Origin: Camelus dromedarius | Taxonomy: Eukaryota | Direction: 5' to 3' | DNA: 64,000 nt | NCBI RefSeq assembly: GCF_036321535.1 | Contig: NC_087437.1 | Coordinates: forward strand, 26,352,001 to 26,416,000 | Part shown: positions 26,041 through 38,600 of the stretch, piece by piece | How positions within the stretch are numbered: the first letter of the stretch is position 1 | Layout: every line of letters starts with the position of its first letter | Translations under genes and position numbers: made by a program | The notes under the pieces: model-generated | Told to the model about the DNA's origin: nothing | What the model saw: the letters and a program-made list of their open reading frames with translations, nothing else | Databases searched by the model: none

Positions 26041-27968
26041 TAAGGAAAAGTGCTAGGACAGGGTCGCCGTGCCTCAAGGGTAGAGGGGGAGGAGAGACGC
26101 CGCAGCAAGGGAACCGAACCCTGAAATGCATCTCAATACCTCGCTGTGACGTTTCTGATGACAATCGTATAACTTCTTGTCAATTTTCATATGGTACCCC
26201 TCAAGGCTTTATCAACTCATTTTTTCAACACATGTCCATGGAGAGCCTATGTGCCAAGTACTATTCTAGGCACTGGATGACAACAATGAACAAAGCTTGA
26301 GCAATAGTTTCCACAATTATACAGATTAGAATGAAGGAGGTAAATGTGGTAGCACCTCTGCCTGCTGGACAGTGATCCAGGCTTTACAATGCTTCACGCC
26401 ATGGTCTACAGGAGCATGGCCACAGCGTCAGCAGTGAGTGGGCAAGACTCACACCTGTGTTAATAGAACTTAGAGATACATGCCATAGAAAGTATTTCCT
26501 ATGGTTTCTACGGGAGTTTTTTTCCAAAGAAGGAAAAATTAAAGCAGTGTTCTTTCCTCACTGTCCTTATGTCATTCCCCTCATTCACTTTTCCAAATAT
26601 GTCTACATTACATTTAAAGAAGAAGGTGTAATTAGCAGGGAAACTGGAAAACCTATTGACTATTTAAAATAGAACACCTCTTAACTTATCTAATGTCTTT
26701 CCCTCTTTCTACACAAGCAAAATCTTGTAACCCACACAAAAATATAAACACAATAAAGAAACCAAACATTTGGGATTTATTTCATGACATATAGTATCCA
26801 CTTGCATCTTTTTAAAGAGAAATAGTGCTTATTTGCCAAGTTTTTGGTTCATATCATGCTATTTCTAAGTTGAATCAAATAAATTAAGAGACTCTAGCTT
26901 TACTAGATTCTCAGAATGTGGAACTAATTTCATGGATAACATAGTTAGATAGGCAAGGTACTACTTAAGTTTGTATACATCTAATTATGTAGTAGAGCAA
27001 TAGCATGACTTAGGAGGCAGCCTTCGGTTACCTAAGATAGATCAAATAGTATGGAGCTGGTATGACTTCATTCTTTGAAGCATGGGATATTTTCATAAGG
27101 TACTTTTGTTGTTATAAGCCCAGATGGGACTGTTATCATATATGCACAGTAAATAGTGTAGACTTTTGAAATAGGCCTGTTTTATCATCTAATCTAAACA
27201 GGAACTAACTTAGGATGGAAACCAGTATTATGGCTTTTGCAGGTAATTCTCTTCCTTCAGATTCAAGATATTGTTTTCCTGCCCAAAACTAGTGATAAGA
27301 AATTCTTTAAATATGATTCTACCAGAGAAGGTGAAAATTAAGATCAGTAAGAGTTCCATGGAATTTGAGTTTTTAATTAAACTCTAGGTGTCGGCCAGTC
27401 CTGTGACTTGTAATTATATTCTGCCGAGGTTCTCTTGAATAGTCTTTTACCTTTACATTCTATTCTTATCTTTAGCAGTTAGAACTCCAGGGAAAGATTA
27501 GAGTTCAGTGCAAAGGCAGCTTGCATCACTGTAACAGATGATGCTTAATTGATGGGATTTATCAAATATTTTTATAAGTAGAACTATGAACATAGATTGC
27601 CTCTGTGGAGGGAAACTGGGGGCCAGAGTTAGGAGAGAGACTTTTTATGTAAATCCTTCTGTATCATTTGAATTGAGCACCATGTGAATGTACTACCTAG
27701 TTAAAAAAATTTAAATTTTAAATAATAAAAATTAAGTCAGTGCTTAGTTAAGTAGAAGTATTCTATTCATACTCTTAACAAACTTTATCTACATCCCTGC
27801 ATAGCTATGGTTCAATTAGATTATTTCAGCCAGTTCAAATATTAGTATTGATCTTACACTTCTCTCTCCAAGTAAGCAAATAACAAAAAAGTCTTGAACA
27901 TCATTATTAGCATTGAAGAATTCCAGGAAATTTTAGAGGATTTAGTCTGTATACTAACAAAAACACAT

Positions 27969-27972
<4 letters not shown>

Positions 27973-28004
<32 letters not shown>

Positions 28005-28165
28005 AACACTCTTAAATGTATATACAAGTGTGTGTGTGTATATATATATACACTTAAATATATATATAAATATATGTAATATTACTTAAATATATTTAAA
28101 ATATATATAAATATATATATGTATATATTTAAATGTGTACACACATACACACACATATATATATA
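27973..28165. repeat. Compound (CA)n/(TG)n/(TA)n microsatellite and AT-rich tract
   Basis: (AC)14 at 27973-28000 followed by TA-rich degenerate repeats. Confidence 0.95.
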
Positions 28166-28384
28166 GACATAAAGGACATTTAAGAAATGACATGGAATTT
28201 ACAGACATAAAACACTTACAGACATAAAAGACATTTAAGAAATGACATGGAATTTAGTATGCTTTGAAAAGTATTATACTATAATTTTCTGAGTATCAGA
28301 GGGAGAAAAGCAGAGGAAATTAAAGTTGTTTTTACTTCCTTTTTTGATAATTAGATATTTTTCAAGAATGTAAAAATAATACCC

Positions 28385-30700
28385 CTAAAATCAGGAACAA
28401 GACAAGGATGCCCACACTTGCCACTCTTACTCAACGTAGTATTGGAAGTAATAGCCAGAGCAATGAAGCAAAAAATAAATAAAAGGCATCCAAATTGGAA
28501 AGGAAAACATAAAACTGTCACTATTTGTGGATGACATAATTTTACATAGAGAAACCCCTAAAGACTCTATCAAAAAACTATTAGAAATAATAAACAAAGA
28601 TGCAGGTACGAAATCAACTTTCAAAAATTTGTGTGTTTCTTTACACCAAAATGAACTAGTGTAAAGTGAAATTAAGAAAACAATCCCATTTATAATCACT
28701 ACAAAAAGAATAAAGTACCTAGGAATAAATTTAACCAAAGAAGTGAAAGACCTGTACACTGAAAACTGTAAGACCCTGAATGAAATCAAAGAAGACACAA
28801 AGAAATGGAAAGAGAGTCCATGCCCACTGACTGGAAGAATCAACATTGTTAAAATGTTCATATTATCTAAAGCAATCTACAGAGTCAATGCAATCCCTAT
28901 CAAAATTCCAAGGACATTTTTCACAGAAATAGACAAAAAAAAATTCCAAAACTTACATGAAACCATAGAAGACCCTGAATAGCCAAAGCAATTCTGAGAA
29001 AAAAAGAACAGAGCTGAAGGTATCACACGCTCTGATTTTAAACTGTATTACAAAGCTATAGTAATCAAAACAGCATGATATAGGCAAAAAAACCCCAGAT
29101 ATATAGATTAATGGAATAGAATCGAGAGCTGAAAAATGAACTCATACATATATGGACTATTAATTTATAACAAAGGAGCACAGAACATACAACAGAGAAA
29201 GAACAGTCTCTTCAAGGGGGGTGGTAATAGCTTAGTCATAGAGCATGTGTTTAGCCTACACGAGGTCCTGGATTCAATCACCAATACCTCCATGAAAAAA
29301 AGAAGAATAGTCTCTTCAATAAATTCTGTTGGAAAAACTGGACGGCCACATATGAAACAACAACAACAAAAAAAATAAATAAAGAAGAAGAAGAGGAAGA
29401 ACAAAAGAAACTAGACCAGTATCTCATACCATACACAAAAATCAACACAAAATAGGTTAAAGACTTAAATATAAGACCTGAAACCATAAAACTCAAAAGA
29501 AGGAAACATAGGCAGCATGCTCTTTGACATCAATCTTAGCAATATCTTTCTAAATGTGTCTCCTCAGGAAGGAGAAACAAAGGGAAAAATAAACAAACGG
29601 GACTACATCAAACTAAAAAGCTTCTGCACAGCAAAGGAAATCATCAACAGAATGAAAAGCAACCTATGAAATAGTGGAAAGTATTTGCAAATCTTAAATA
29701 TCCAAAATACATAAAGAACTTATACAGCTCAGTAAAAGAAAACAAACAACTTGATTTAAAAATGGGCAGAGGGACTAAATAGACATTCTCCCAAATAAGA
29801 CATACATACTGCCAGCAGGCACATGAAAAGATCTTCAACATCACTAATTACTAGGGAAATGCAAACCGAAAACACAATGAGATATTGCCTCACTCCTGTT
29901 AGAATAGCTATTATCAAAAAGATAAGAAATAACAAGTGTTGGCAAGAATGTGGAGAAAAAGGAACGTGCATACACTGTTACTGGGAATGTAAATTGGTGC
30001 TGCCACTGTGGAAAACAGTATGGAGAGTCCTAAAAATGTTAAGAGACCTACCATATTATCCAGCTATCCCATTTCTGGGTATTTATCCAAAGATTCAAAA
30101 ACACTAATTCAGAAAGATATATGCACCCCTATGTTCATTTCAGCATCATTTACCATAGCCAAGATATGGAAACAAACTAACCATGTCAATCAACGTATGC
30201 ATGGATAAAGAAGATATATATGTATGCTATAAATGAGGTACACATAATATGGATATGTATAGATATATGTGTGTGTGTATACATACACACACACACACAC
30301 AATGGGACTATTTAGCCATAAAAAGATTAAATCTTGCCATTTGTGTCAACATGGTTGGACCTAGAGGGTTTTATGCTAAGTGAAGTAAGTCAGACTGAGA
30401 AAGACAAATACCTTATGATTTCACATATGTGGACTATGAAAACCAAACAAAACGAAATAAATGAACCAACCAAACCAAACCAAAGCAAACACATAGCTAC
30501 AGGGAACCAAGTAGTGGTTAGCAAGGGAAAGGGGTGAGGGGCTGAGGGCAAAACGGGTAAAGGGGGTCAATTGTATGGTGACAGACTGAAACTAAATTTC
30601 TAGTGAGGAGCACACTGTAGAGTATACAGAAGTAGAAATGTTATATTATACACATAAAACTTGTGTTATAAACCAATGTTACTATAATAAAAAAATTTAA
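28385..30700 (+). mobile_element. 5'-truncated L1 (ORF2 RT/C-terminal remnant, 3' UTR and A-rich tail)
   Basis: ORFs 28743..28982 ([29 protein letters not shown]) and 29823..30107 ([21 protein letters not shown]) are ORF2p-like; frameshifted. Confidence 0.95.
29216..29302 (+). mobile_element. Vic-1-like SINE nested in L1, with target-site duplication
   Basis: tRNA-like body flanked by aagaacagtctcttcaa (29199-29215) and aagaatagtctcttcaa (29303-29319). Confidence 0.9.
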
Positions 30701-31750
30701 AAATCAATCAAAAGATGCATAATAAAAAAACTAAAAAATTAAATACATGAATAAATGCTTATCAAACATTAAAGACACACAAATATGGTCTTTTTATTTA
30801 CATGAATGGGATCATACAATGTTTATTTTTCTGTGACTTTACTATTTAATAATAAATATTTTAGAGTATTTCTTTTAAAAATAGACTTCCCACTTTGTCA
30901 ATCAGTGAAATATATGAAAACAAAGAGTTAACTTTAGCTACCATAAACTTTTTTTATGCTAAATATAAGAAAATGAGTGCCTCATTTAGCAGAGAATATG
31001 TACTTTACTAAGTTCCTTGGGGCTCATGTTTTTATGTGGGGTAAAGAGCTGGTACTGACTAATATTTCTACCCTCAAGAGCAGTTCTTATACTCTTTAGG
31101 CCACCTTTTTCTGTAAGAAATTGTCAAAAGTTAAGAATCCTCCACCCAGAAAGTCTCCAGGTACATAACTTCACATGTTTTTGCAATTTTAGGGTTTTGT
31201 TCTTAAAACCTAGCCATGGACCCCAAATTAAGCACCACTGACTCAGGACACCATAAATGGAAACAGCCATCTCCATTGTATGTGCCTAATTCATGAATGG
31301 CTATGCTGGTGGATCTGAATGTTGAAACTACCCCTTCATCCTGTTGTTACTAAGAATTTCTTCTCTTTCCTCATTTCCCTGATCCACTGTAAACCCACGG
31401 AAGTGACCTAATCTTCTTTCTCCCACATCAGTATTGCAGATCTTCCCCTTGGCCTTGTTCCCATGTTGGTTTGTGGGTTGCTCTGTAATGGCTGTTTTGG
31501 GGAAGGTAACCAGGGGAACAGTGGAGGGAAGGAGAGAAGGAGTAAACAAGAGGAACTCTAACCAGTCTCCACACTTTATTTCCCCTTACAGCACAGATTG
31601 TGCATAAGGCTAGTTATACAAGTGGAAGAGAGGAAAAGGCAAGAAGAGAAAACCGCTTCCTAAGTTATGAAATTACTTTGGTTGAATTAGCCATAACTTT
31701 ATTCAAAATGAGGTAGACATCTTGGATAAATGTTATTCTGACCATCATAC

Positions 31751-31894
31751 CTTAACGAAACATTTGAGAGTTGAACAAAAAGATACTCCAACATCAGTAA
31801 GACTCCAGCTGTCCTTTAGGGTTGCTCCAGCGTACATCAGCTCCAGATACCGCCTGCCTTGTTCGTCTTCAGACAGAGGAATGTGGAAAAAATC
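31751..31894 (-). CDS. ANKUB1: ANKUB1 coding exon 2 ([48 protein letters not shown])
   Basis: Acceptor ttttcaag|GAT, donor AAG|gtatga, 144 nt; lies within ORF 31745..32053; ubiquitin-fold motif L-x-Y-A-G-x-x-L-x-D-x-x-S-L-x-D. Confidence 0.96.
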
Positions 31895-32022
31895 CTTGAA
31901 AATCAATAGCATATTGTGAAAACGGTACATGTCTATATTACTAGACCAGCAATGTGTTATCTTTTCTTTTACAATTTTCCACTGAGTATTTTTAAATTGC
32001 TTGGGACAGAAGAAATAAGTAT

Positions 32023-32512
32023 TAGAGGTTCTTAACTTGGAGTCTTTAGACATCCCTGAAGGTTTATGGATGGAATTTAGGTGGGAAAAAACTATATTTG
32101 GTTTTTATTAACTTCAAATAACATTGGATTTTCCTTATGTATGTAGGCAACAAACTAAAGTAGCAGTAGTTACCTGTACTGGTGACTTTGTCACTAATAG
32201 AAATCACAGATATTTTCATATCACATTGTACTTGTTGCAGATATCTTAAAATATTATTTATTCTGATACCCTTAGAAATTGTAATAGTTATTAGATACAC
32301 TGCAAACACTTGCTAATGTGTTAGTAAGGAATCCTATGTCACTCTATCACAAATTTGTTTTTTAATGTTTGAAAATTGTATTGCAATATAACTGGTTTCC
32401 TTTTTGGGGTATTTATTTTACTTTATGCATTTAAAGACATTCTGAGAAGGAGTCCATATGCTTCACCAGACCGGCTAAGGGATCTACAACACATAAAGAT
32501 TAAGAGCCTCTG
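32023..32512 (+). mobile_element. hAT-Charlie non-autonomous DNA transposon (Charlie4a-like)
   Basis: Terminal inverted repeats tagaggttcttaac / attaagagcctctg; internal gtaggcaacaaac...gtgactttgtcac..atagaaatcacagatattttcatatcac. Confidence 0.85.
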
Positions 32513-33192
32513 TGTTAGAAGATCTAGATTTCAGTGACTGTATTAATTTACTGAATATCATGTAACTGTGATTCAGTAAATGCTCCTTAGCAAACGGGGA
32601 TAATCATCTCCAAGTTAAATACCATTTGATGGTCAGGACCTAAATATTTGTCTTAATTTCCCATTTAGAGTGACTATTTACAAGAAACTTGTAAGAAAAG
32701 TACTACACCCAAATTATTTCTTATTCTGGCTCTGTGATCCTAGGTTAAATGGTCAACCTCTCTGAGCTTCAGTTTTCCCTAGATGCAAAATGAGGCTGTA
32801 GCCCAAAACTGCTCTCTACCTCCAAAATCCTTTGGTTTTCTATAGTTGCTTGCTCACCAAACAAGCCATCTGACAACTGGCACGCTCCACTTACATAGCC
32901 TAGAGTTAGTGTCTTGTTTTTGTCCTTTTATGAAGAATTGCAATAATACTATCTGGCCAGTGCACAATCTACAAAATAAAGAGAAGTTAAACTTTTTTTC
33001 TGAGAATTTTCCCAACACCTCCATAGTTAATATCTTCTAACCAACTGTAAGCAAATTGATACTTTCAAATAGTTTTAGTTCCCTGTTTGCTGAAAATGTA
33101 CCCAATAGTATCTCCACCCCACATGCAGTTTAAACTTCACCACATAGTTAAAATTAATACACATCTTCGTGGCTCAGGGACAAAGTACATAC

Positions 33193-33282
33193 CTTTATCA
33201 TTAGCTTGACAGCCTCCACAGTTTCATCTGCTGAAACATCAAATGGTTCAAAAGATCCCTCAAAGGCTATGAAAATCCTCAT
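33193..33282 (-). CDS. ANKUB1: ANKUB1 coding exon 1 (MRIFIAFEGSFEPFDVSADETVEAVKLMIK), start of ubiquitin-like domain 1
   Basis: aaaATGAGG start with A at -3; 30 codons; donor AAG|gtatgt, phase 0. Too short for the ORF track, read manually. Confidence 0.95.
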
Positions 33283-33900
33283 TTTTGCAAAAAAAAAAAA
33301 AAAAAAAGGAAAGAAAGAAAAGTCTTTTTTCAAAGATCTTGTTCAATAGCTGAGAGAATCCCAATTCACAATTAAAGACGAAAATGTTGGCCAGAGGCAG
33401 CTGTCACTGTCTAGCCTTAAAGGCAAGTAGAAAGAATGTGGAGAGAAGTGCTGCAGTACCGCGGTATCAGGCAACACAGACAGCAGCTACATTGGAGGAA
33501 ATGTTTCTCTGTCAATGGCATTAGTCAACAGCCACCTTGTTCCTGTATTACGGAAACCAGCAAACTTGACAATAGTTGAGGCAAGTGTGAACTAGTGTCA
33601 AGCATGTAATACAAAAATGCCATATATAAATTTTACTTAGTGATGTGACCACCATCCACTGATTCCTGAATCCATATGCAGCCAAATGCAGCTTACTGAA
33701 GGACCCTTCAAACTAGATATTTGATTGGGATGCACTGGCACAGAGTGAAGCAAAGCAGAGTTGATTTTATTGAATGTGATAATCCTGGAAGTTCTCTGTA
33801 AATAACTCTGTGCTGAAGCATTCTGGTTTCCATAACAACTTTGTGTACTTGCTCCCTGGTGGTATTTCTAATCCTGCCACAACAGGGGTACAGAACAATA
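33283..33900 (-). promoter_or_regulatory. ANKUB1: Probable ANKUB1 5' UTR and proximal promoter (non-CpG-island)
   Basis: Repeat-free sequence upstream of the ATG. X-box-like GTTTCCATAACAAC (33826-33839) and GTATCAGGCAAC (33464-33475); forkhead-like GTAAATA (33798-33804) and GTCAACA (33524-33530). TSS not determinable. Confidence 0.55.
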
Positions 33901-36154
33901 CCCCCTTGCACCAGGGAGATGAATGTGTAGACTCTGTGGTTTTCCCTTCCCATCTCTGCATAATGGAATCTGCCCCTAAACAACACAATATAGTTGGTAT
34001 TTCTTTTAGTCTTTGCCTTTATGTTATTTAGAACAGTTTACCATTGTTATCTCTTTCAACAGCCCTTGGTGTTGGTGGAAAATATTTCAAACCCCCTCAA
34101 TAAACGAACAAAGATATTAAGCATCGTTACTCAAGCTTACAGAGTAAGCATTTTACTGGAACTTAATTCTAAGAGTCTTCTCTGAAATTCCCAGTATTAT
34201 ATTATTGGGTTAATGCTATTATGTCTGATCATTTTTTTCATGTATGTAAATCTTGTTTCCTCTTGACCTAGGACAGAACACTTACCTTGAATTTCCTTTT
34301 ATTCTTAGCAGTACTTCACAGAAGGCGAGGCACGTGATAGGTGCTCAGTAAATGTTAACCTGTTGATTAATTCTATTCTGATTCCCAGTCTAAGTCTGAG
34401 TTCCAACCATAAGAAATTTGAGAACACGGAAAACACAAGAAGGGCAAAGAGTTTCATTGCAAAGCTAATTCTTTTTGCCTTGTATTTTTCAAGTGTTACA
34501 GCATAAAGCTATCTTCTTATGCTGTCAGTCTTCTGATATAAAGTATTAATATAGGATGTAGTTGATGCTGTTTTGGTGTCTTGTTCACCTTCCCTCATCC
34601 ACTCCAGTATTTATTTAGAAATAAAATGCAACAACATCAACAAAAGCCCAAATCAGTCCTTTGAAGAAGCCTTCTTGGTCTCCCAGGAAAGTTGACCTAT
34701 TCTTCCACTGCATCATACATTCTTTAACTATAGAATCTTTTTAGATTCCATTTATTATATCAGTGTCAGCCTTCCCCATTAGACTGGAAGCTTACTGATG
34801 GCAGGACAGTGTCTCAATCACTTCATATGCCCAGTGGCCTAGCTCAGGGACTTACAGTGACTGAATAACCAAGATAGGTTATTGTAGATTGATGTCATTA
34901 AAAATTGTCTTATAACAATGAAATGATAACTAGACTTGAAAACTCTTAGGAATCTGGGGAAAGCTTGAAATGATAAGAATTAGTCTTGAAAATTCTCTTA
35001 TTTGCAATCTAGGAATAGTTTGCTTCAGCATCTAGAAGACCTTTTTGTTTTTTGTTTTTTCATTTTCTAGAAAATTTTAATTAATTTAGTTAGCCTACTT
35101 GGGTGGTTTGTACATGCAATGGAATATGAGAGGTCTCTGGAAGATTCGGTGTTAAATGTGAACTTAAGGGAACTGCCATGAGTAAGGAAGATGTTAATCA
35201 TCTGAAATACCTGGACCAGAAACTGTATTACAGGATGAAGTGTGAAAAGAGATACAAACAAAATAAATGGTATGGAAGTGAAGAGACGTTTCATCTCAAA
35301 TGAAGATATACTGTTTATTAGTTTTATCATTCAATACATATACACCAAGGCCCTATCTTGTGCCAGGCACTACTCTGTGCTGGATCATTGCAGTGAACAA
35401 GACGTGGACTTTCCAGTCTAGTGTGAATGTGTGCATGTGTTTGGGATGGAGGAAGGTTTAAGGGTAGGTAAGGAATAGCAGGAAGGGAAAAAGAAAATAG
35501 CTAAGTAAGCTATAATAAATAAACTTGTTTAAAGAGAATTGTCAGATAAAGAAATAAGCATGGAAAAATAAGTAAGAGAAAATAAATGTAGAGAAATAGG
35601 GAAGGAATTGCTTGCTAGGAATAATGGTAGGAAAGAATTAGGTTATAAGCAGGGAAAACAAGTAAATAGAAAGATGACACACCAAGGGAGAAAGAGAAAG
35701 AGAACAGTAATGTTATAAGATGTGGACCAGGGTAAAAAAGAAACAACTATGTCACAATCAGTGATAAATATTTTAGTCCTCTGGTCTTTTACATGTTTCA
35801 AAGATGGAAATTAGTAACTTGATTCTTATTTCTGTACTTAAAAGTCATGGTATTCTCCCTGTTATTGTTTAATCCTTTGCTTTAGGTTCCTTTAATATCT
35901 CTGAAATAATTACATATTTGAATTGACTTTAAAAGGTTTTATGATTTATGGTATATTGATACATGTTATAAGATACAGACAAAATAATAAGAAATAGAAT
36001 TTAACGTCACATGGTAAATAGCAACGTCAAAGAATGCTGAATGATTGGTGGTCTTTTACAATAATATTACCTTAAGAGTACCTGCTTTGGGTTAAAAAAT
36101 GCTCAGTGATGATATGCTGAGAAAAATTGATAGAATCTGTTTTTTTATTATTAT

Positions 36155-36390
36155 TTTTTAAAAATTGAAGTATAGTCAGTTTATAAAGTGTCAGTTTCTG
36201 GTGTACAGCATAATGCTTCAGTCTTACATGAACATCCATATATTCTTTTTCAATATAGTTTACTACAAGATATTGAATATGGTTCCCTGTGCTACAGAGT
36301 ATAAAGATGTTGTTTAGCTATTTTATATATAGTAGTATCTACAAATCTCTAACTTCCAGTTTATCTATTCCCACTTCCTTCCCCCTGGAT
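36155..36390 (-). mobile_element. L1 3' terminal fragment
   Basis: aattgaagtatagtcagtttata...tttctggtgtacagcata...gatattgaatatggttccctgtgcta. Confidence 0.8.
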
Positions 36391-36901
36391 AGCATCTGCT
36401 TTTAATATACAATTATGCTTTTATTACTGTAACTTTTAAAATTTGTCACTCAGTTCTGTTCTTTTCATCTAAGAAATCATAGATGTTCATTTGAATTACC
36501 TGATAATCCTTTTAATATATGTGTTCTGGCTGAGCAGTACTAAAATGGGGCCTGAGATTTTCAATTCTAACAAACTCTTTGGACTATACTTTAAATAGCA
36601 AAGAAATAGAAGCTATGTGGAGATTTTTAAACAAATAATTGTAAAGAAAGAGAGTTGATGCAACTGACTCTCATTTGAATACAAAGAAAATCAAAAGAAA
36701 ATGATTATTTAAAATTCTACTTACAAATAGTCTTACAAAACAGTGATTTCAATCTTGCATTACTTAATTTTCTTGATAATGATAAAAGTAAGATAGAAGC
36801 AAAATGATCTATTGTAACATGACTGGTATTGATAAGCATTTTTCATTTGTAGATTAATAAAAGTAAAATGAACTACCTTCAGTTTAAAATTCATGAGTTT
36901 T

Positions 36902-37040
36902 TTTTTTAATTAATCTTTTTTTTAGGGAGGAGGTAATTAGGTTTATTCATCTATTTATTTAATGGAGGTACTGGGGCTTGAACCCAGGACCTCATGCATG
37001 CTAGGCTTGTGCTCTACCACTGAGCTATACCCTCCTCTCC
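36902..37040 (-). mobile_element. Vic-1-like SINE, long form, with target-site duplication
   Basis: tRNA-like head plus aaacctaattacctcc tail and A-rich end; flanked by aaaattcatgagtttt (36886-36901) and aaagttcatgagtttt (37041-37056). Confidence 0.9.
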
Positions 37041-37699
37041 AAAGTTCATGAGTTTTTAAAGTTACATTTATTAAGAAATAATTTTTTAGCAAATAAATAG
37101 ATGCAAATTAATTTTGACCACAAAGTTTCACATTTCTCAACCTCTGAAAAGTTAAGAACTAGTAGTTTTTGTTTCGAATATGAACACGTGTGATGATTTA
37201 CTGTACTGCTACCACCTTTTGAGTAGCTCTTGCTAATGAAAAGGCTTTCATAGAAAGCATTTGTCTGTAGTGCCAGCCTGGACCTTAAGTTGCAAGAGGC
37301 CAGTTTTTTGAGAATAAAAACAAGTTTGAAAAAAAGAAAGTAGAATTCTTAATTCTCAATATTCTTCCTGTCCTCATATTTCCTGATTCTTTTAAGGTAC
37401 AGTTTTAGCTTTTTAAAAAAGTAATTTATTGTTATTTTTATTTTAACTGGAAAAACAATCTTTCAGGTTTGGATCTGCAATCCTAAAAACACCTAGATAT
37501 ATTTAGTTAAATGTGATACATCTTCATAAGTGCAGAGCAGATCTTGGAAGAAAGTAAGGGTTATCATCTTGGGTCATACAAAGAGGAAACTGAAAAATCA
37601 GACCTTACAGTTTCTCGAACTTGCTATGTAGCAAAGAAAAACAGGAAAAGAATCAAAGATTAAAGAAGATGGACTTAACTGTAAAAGGAATGGAAGATT

Positions 37700-37853
37700 T
37701 AGAAGTTTGGTCTGGTTATCAGCAGCATCAGTATCACTTGGGTACTTGCTGGAACTATAGAATCTCAGGCTCTATTGCAGATCTACTGACCCAGAATCTG
37801 CATTTTAACATATGCCCAGGTGTTCCTACGTGTAACAGTGTGATACGCACTGG
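37700..37853. mobile_element. MER5-like hAT-Charlie element
   Basis: cagcagcatcagtatcacttggg...agaatctcaggc...ctactgacccagaatctgcattttaaca. Confidence 0.75.
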
Positions 37854-38374
37854 TCTATATGGTGTCATAGTTGAGGGGTATTAGAAAGACTTCTCTTGAC
37901 CACTTAAGTTTTTCTTTTTCTTTTTCATTTAAAAAATTTTTTTAAACTTTTTTTTATTGAGTTATAGTCATTTTACACTTAAGTTTTTCACTCATTCATT
38001 TCAGTATCTAAAATTACACTTTCACTTACAGTATTGTGGTTTTGGAAGCTACCCTAGAAAACATGTGTCTCTAACAAGGCTAATACTCCTGTATTAATTT
38101 GTTTAAAAGTTTTCTAAACAACAGTTAGCTGGAAGCAGAGCTTTGGAGATCTAAGACAGGTAAACTTTAGGCATTGGAGAGGTGTTGGAGAGCAGAGCAA
38201 AGGATAGGCTCAGATAAGGGGTACTCTTCAAGTAGGACAACCATGCATAGATAGAATGTGATGAAATCTAGGAATAAGAGATTGCATTACTTGCCCCAGA
38301 TCACACAAGAGAGTCATTTGCCTCCAACTTGAGCTCTCTCTCTCCTTATACTGGCTATTCATTGTTTATCATTT

Positions 38375-38600
38375 TGGTTCAGAGCTCAGGTTCTGATATG
38401 GATGGACTTGCATTCAGATCCCAGTTCCAAAACCCAAGAAGTCTATTTCATTTCTCACCAGCTGCATTCGCCTAGATGAGTTATTTAATTTGTTTGAACC
38501 ATAGTTTCCTGATCTGTAAAAACAAACACAATAGTAAGACCTGAGGTCGTCCCAAGGATTAATAAAACGATGTATAGAAGAGCTTAGTACAGTATTTTTG
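38375..38600 (+). mobile_element. MIR fragments
   Basis: gagttatttaatttgtttgaaccatagtttcctgatctgtaaaa...agagcttagtacagt. Confidence 0.65.

Larger units (their letters stand above)
4848..33282 (-). other. ANKUB1: ANKUB1 gene span, start codon to stop codon; 6 coding exons, 544 aa
   Basis: Exons of 90+144+217+115+939+130 = 1635 nt join in frame through canonical GT-AG junctions. The translation (MRIFIAFEGSFEPFDVSADETVEAVKLMIK...CENLPEIVL*) matches my recollection of mammalian ANKUB1. Confidence 0.96.

Noticed and set aside
28427..30537. Cluster of ORFs on both strands
   Set aside because: Fragments of a frameshifted L1 ORF2 and their antisense frames; not an intact element.
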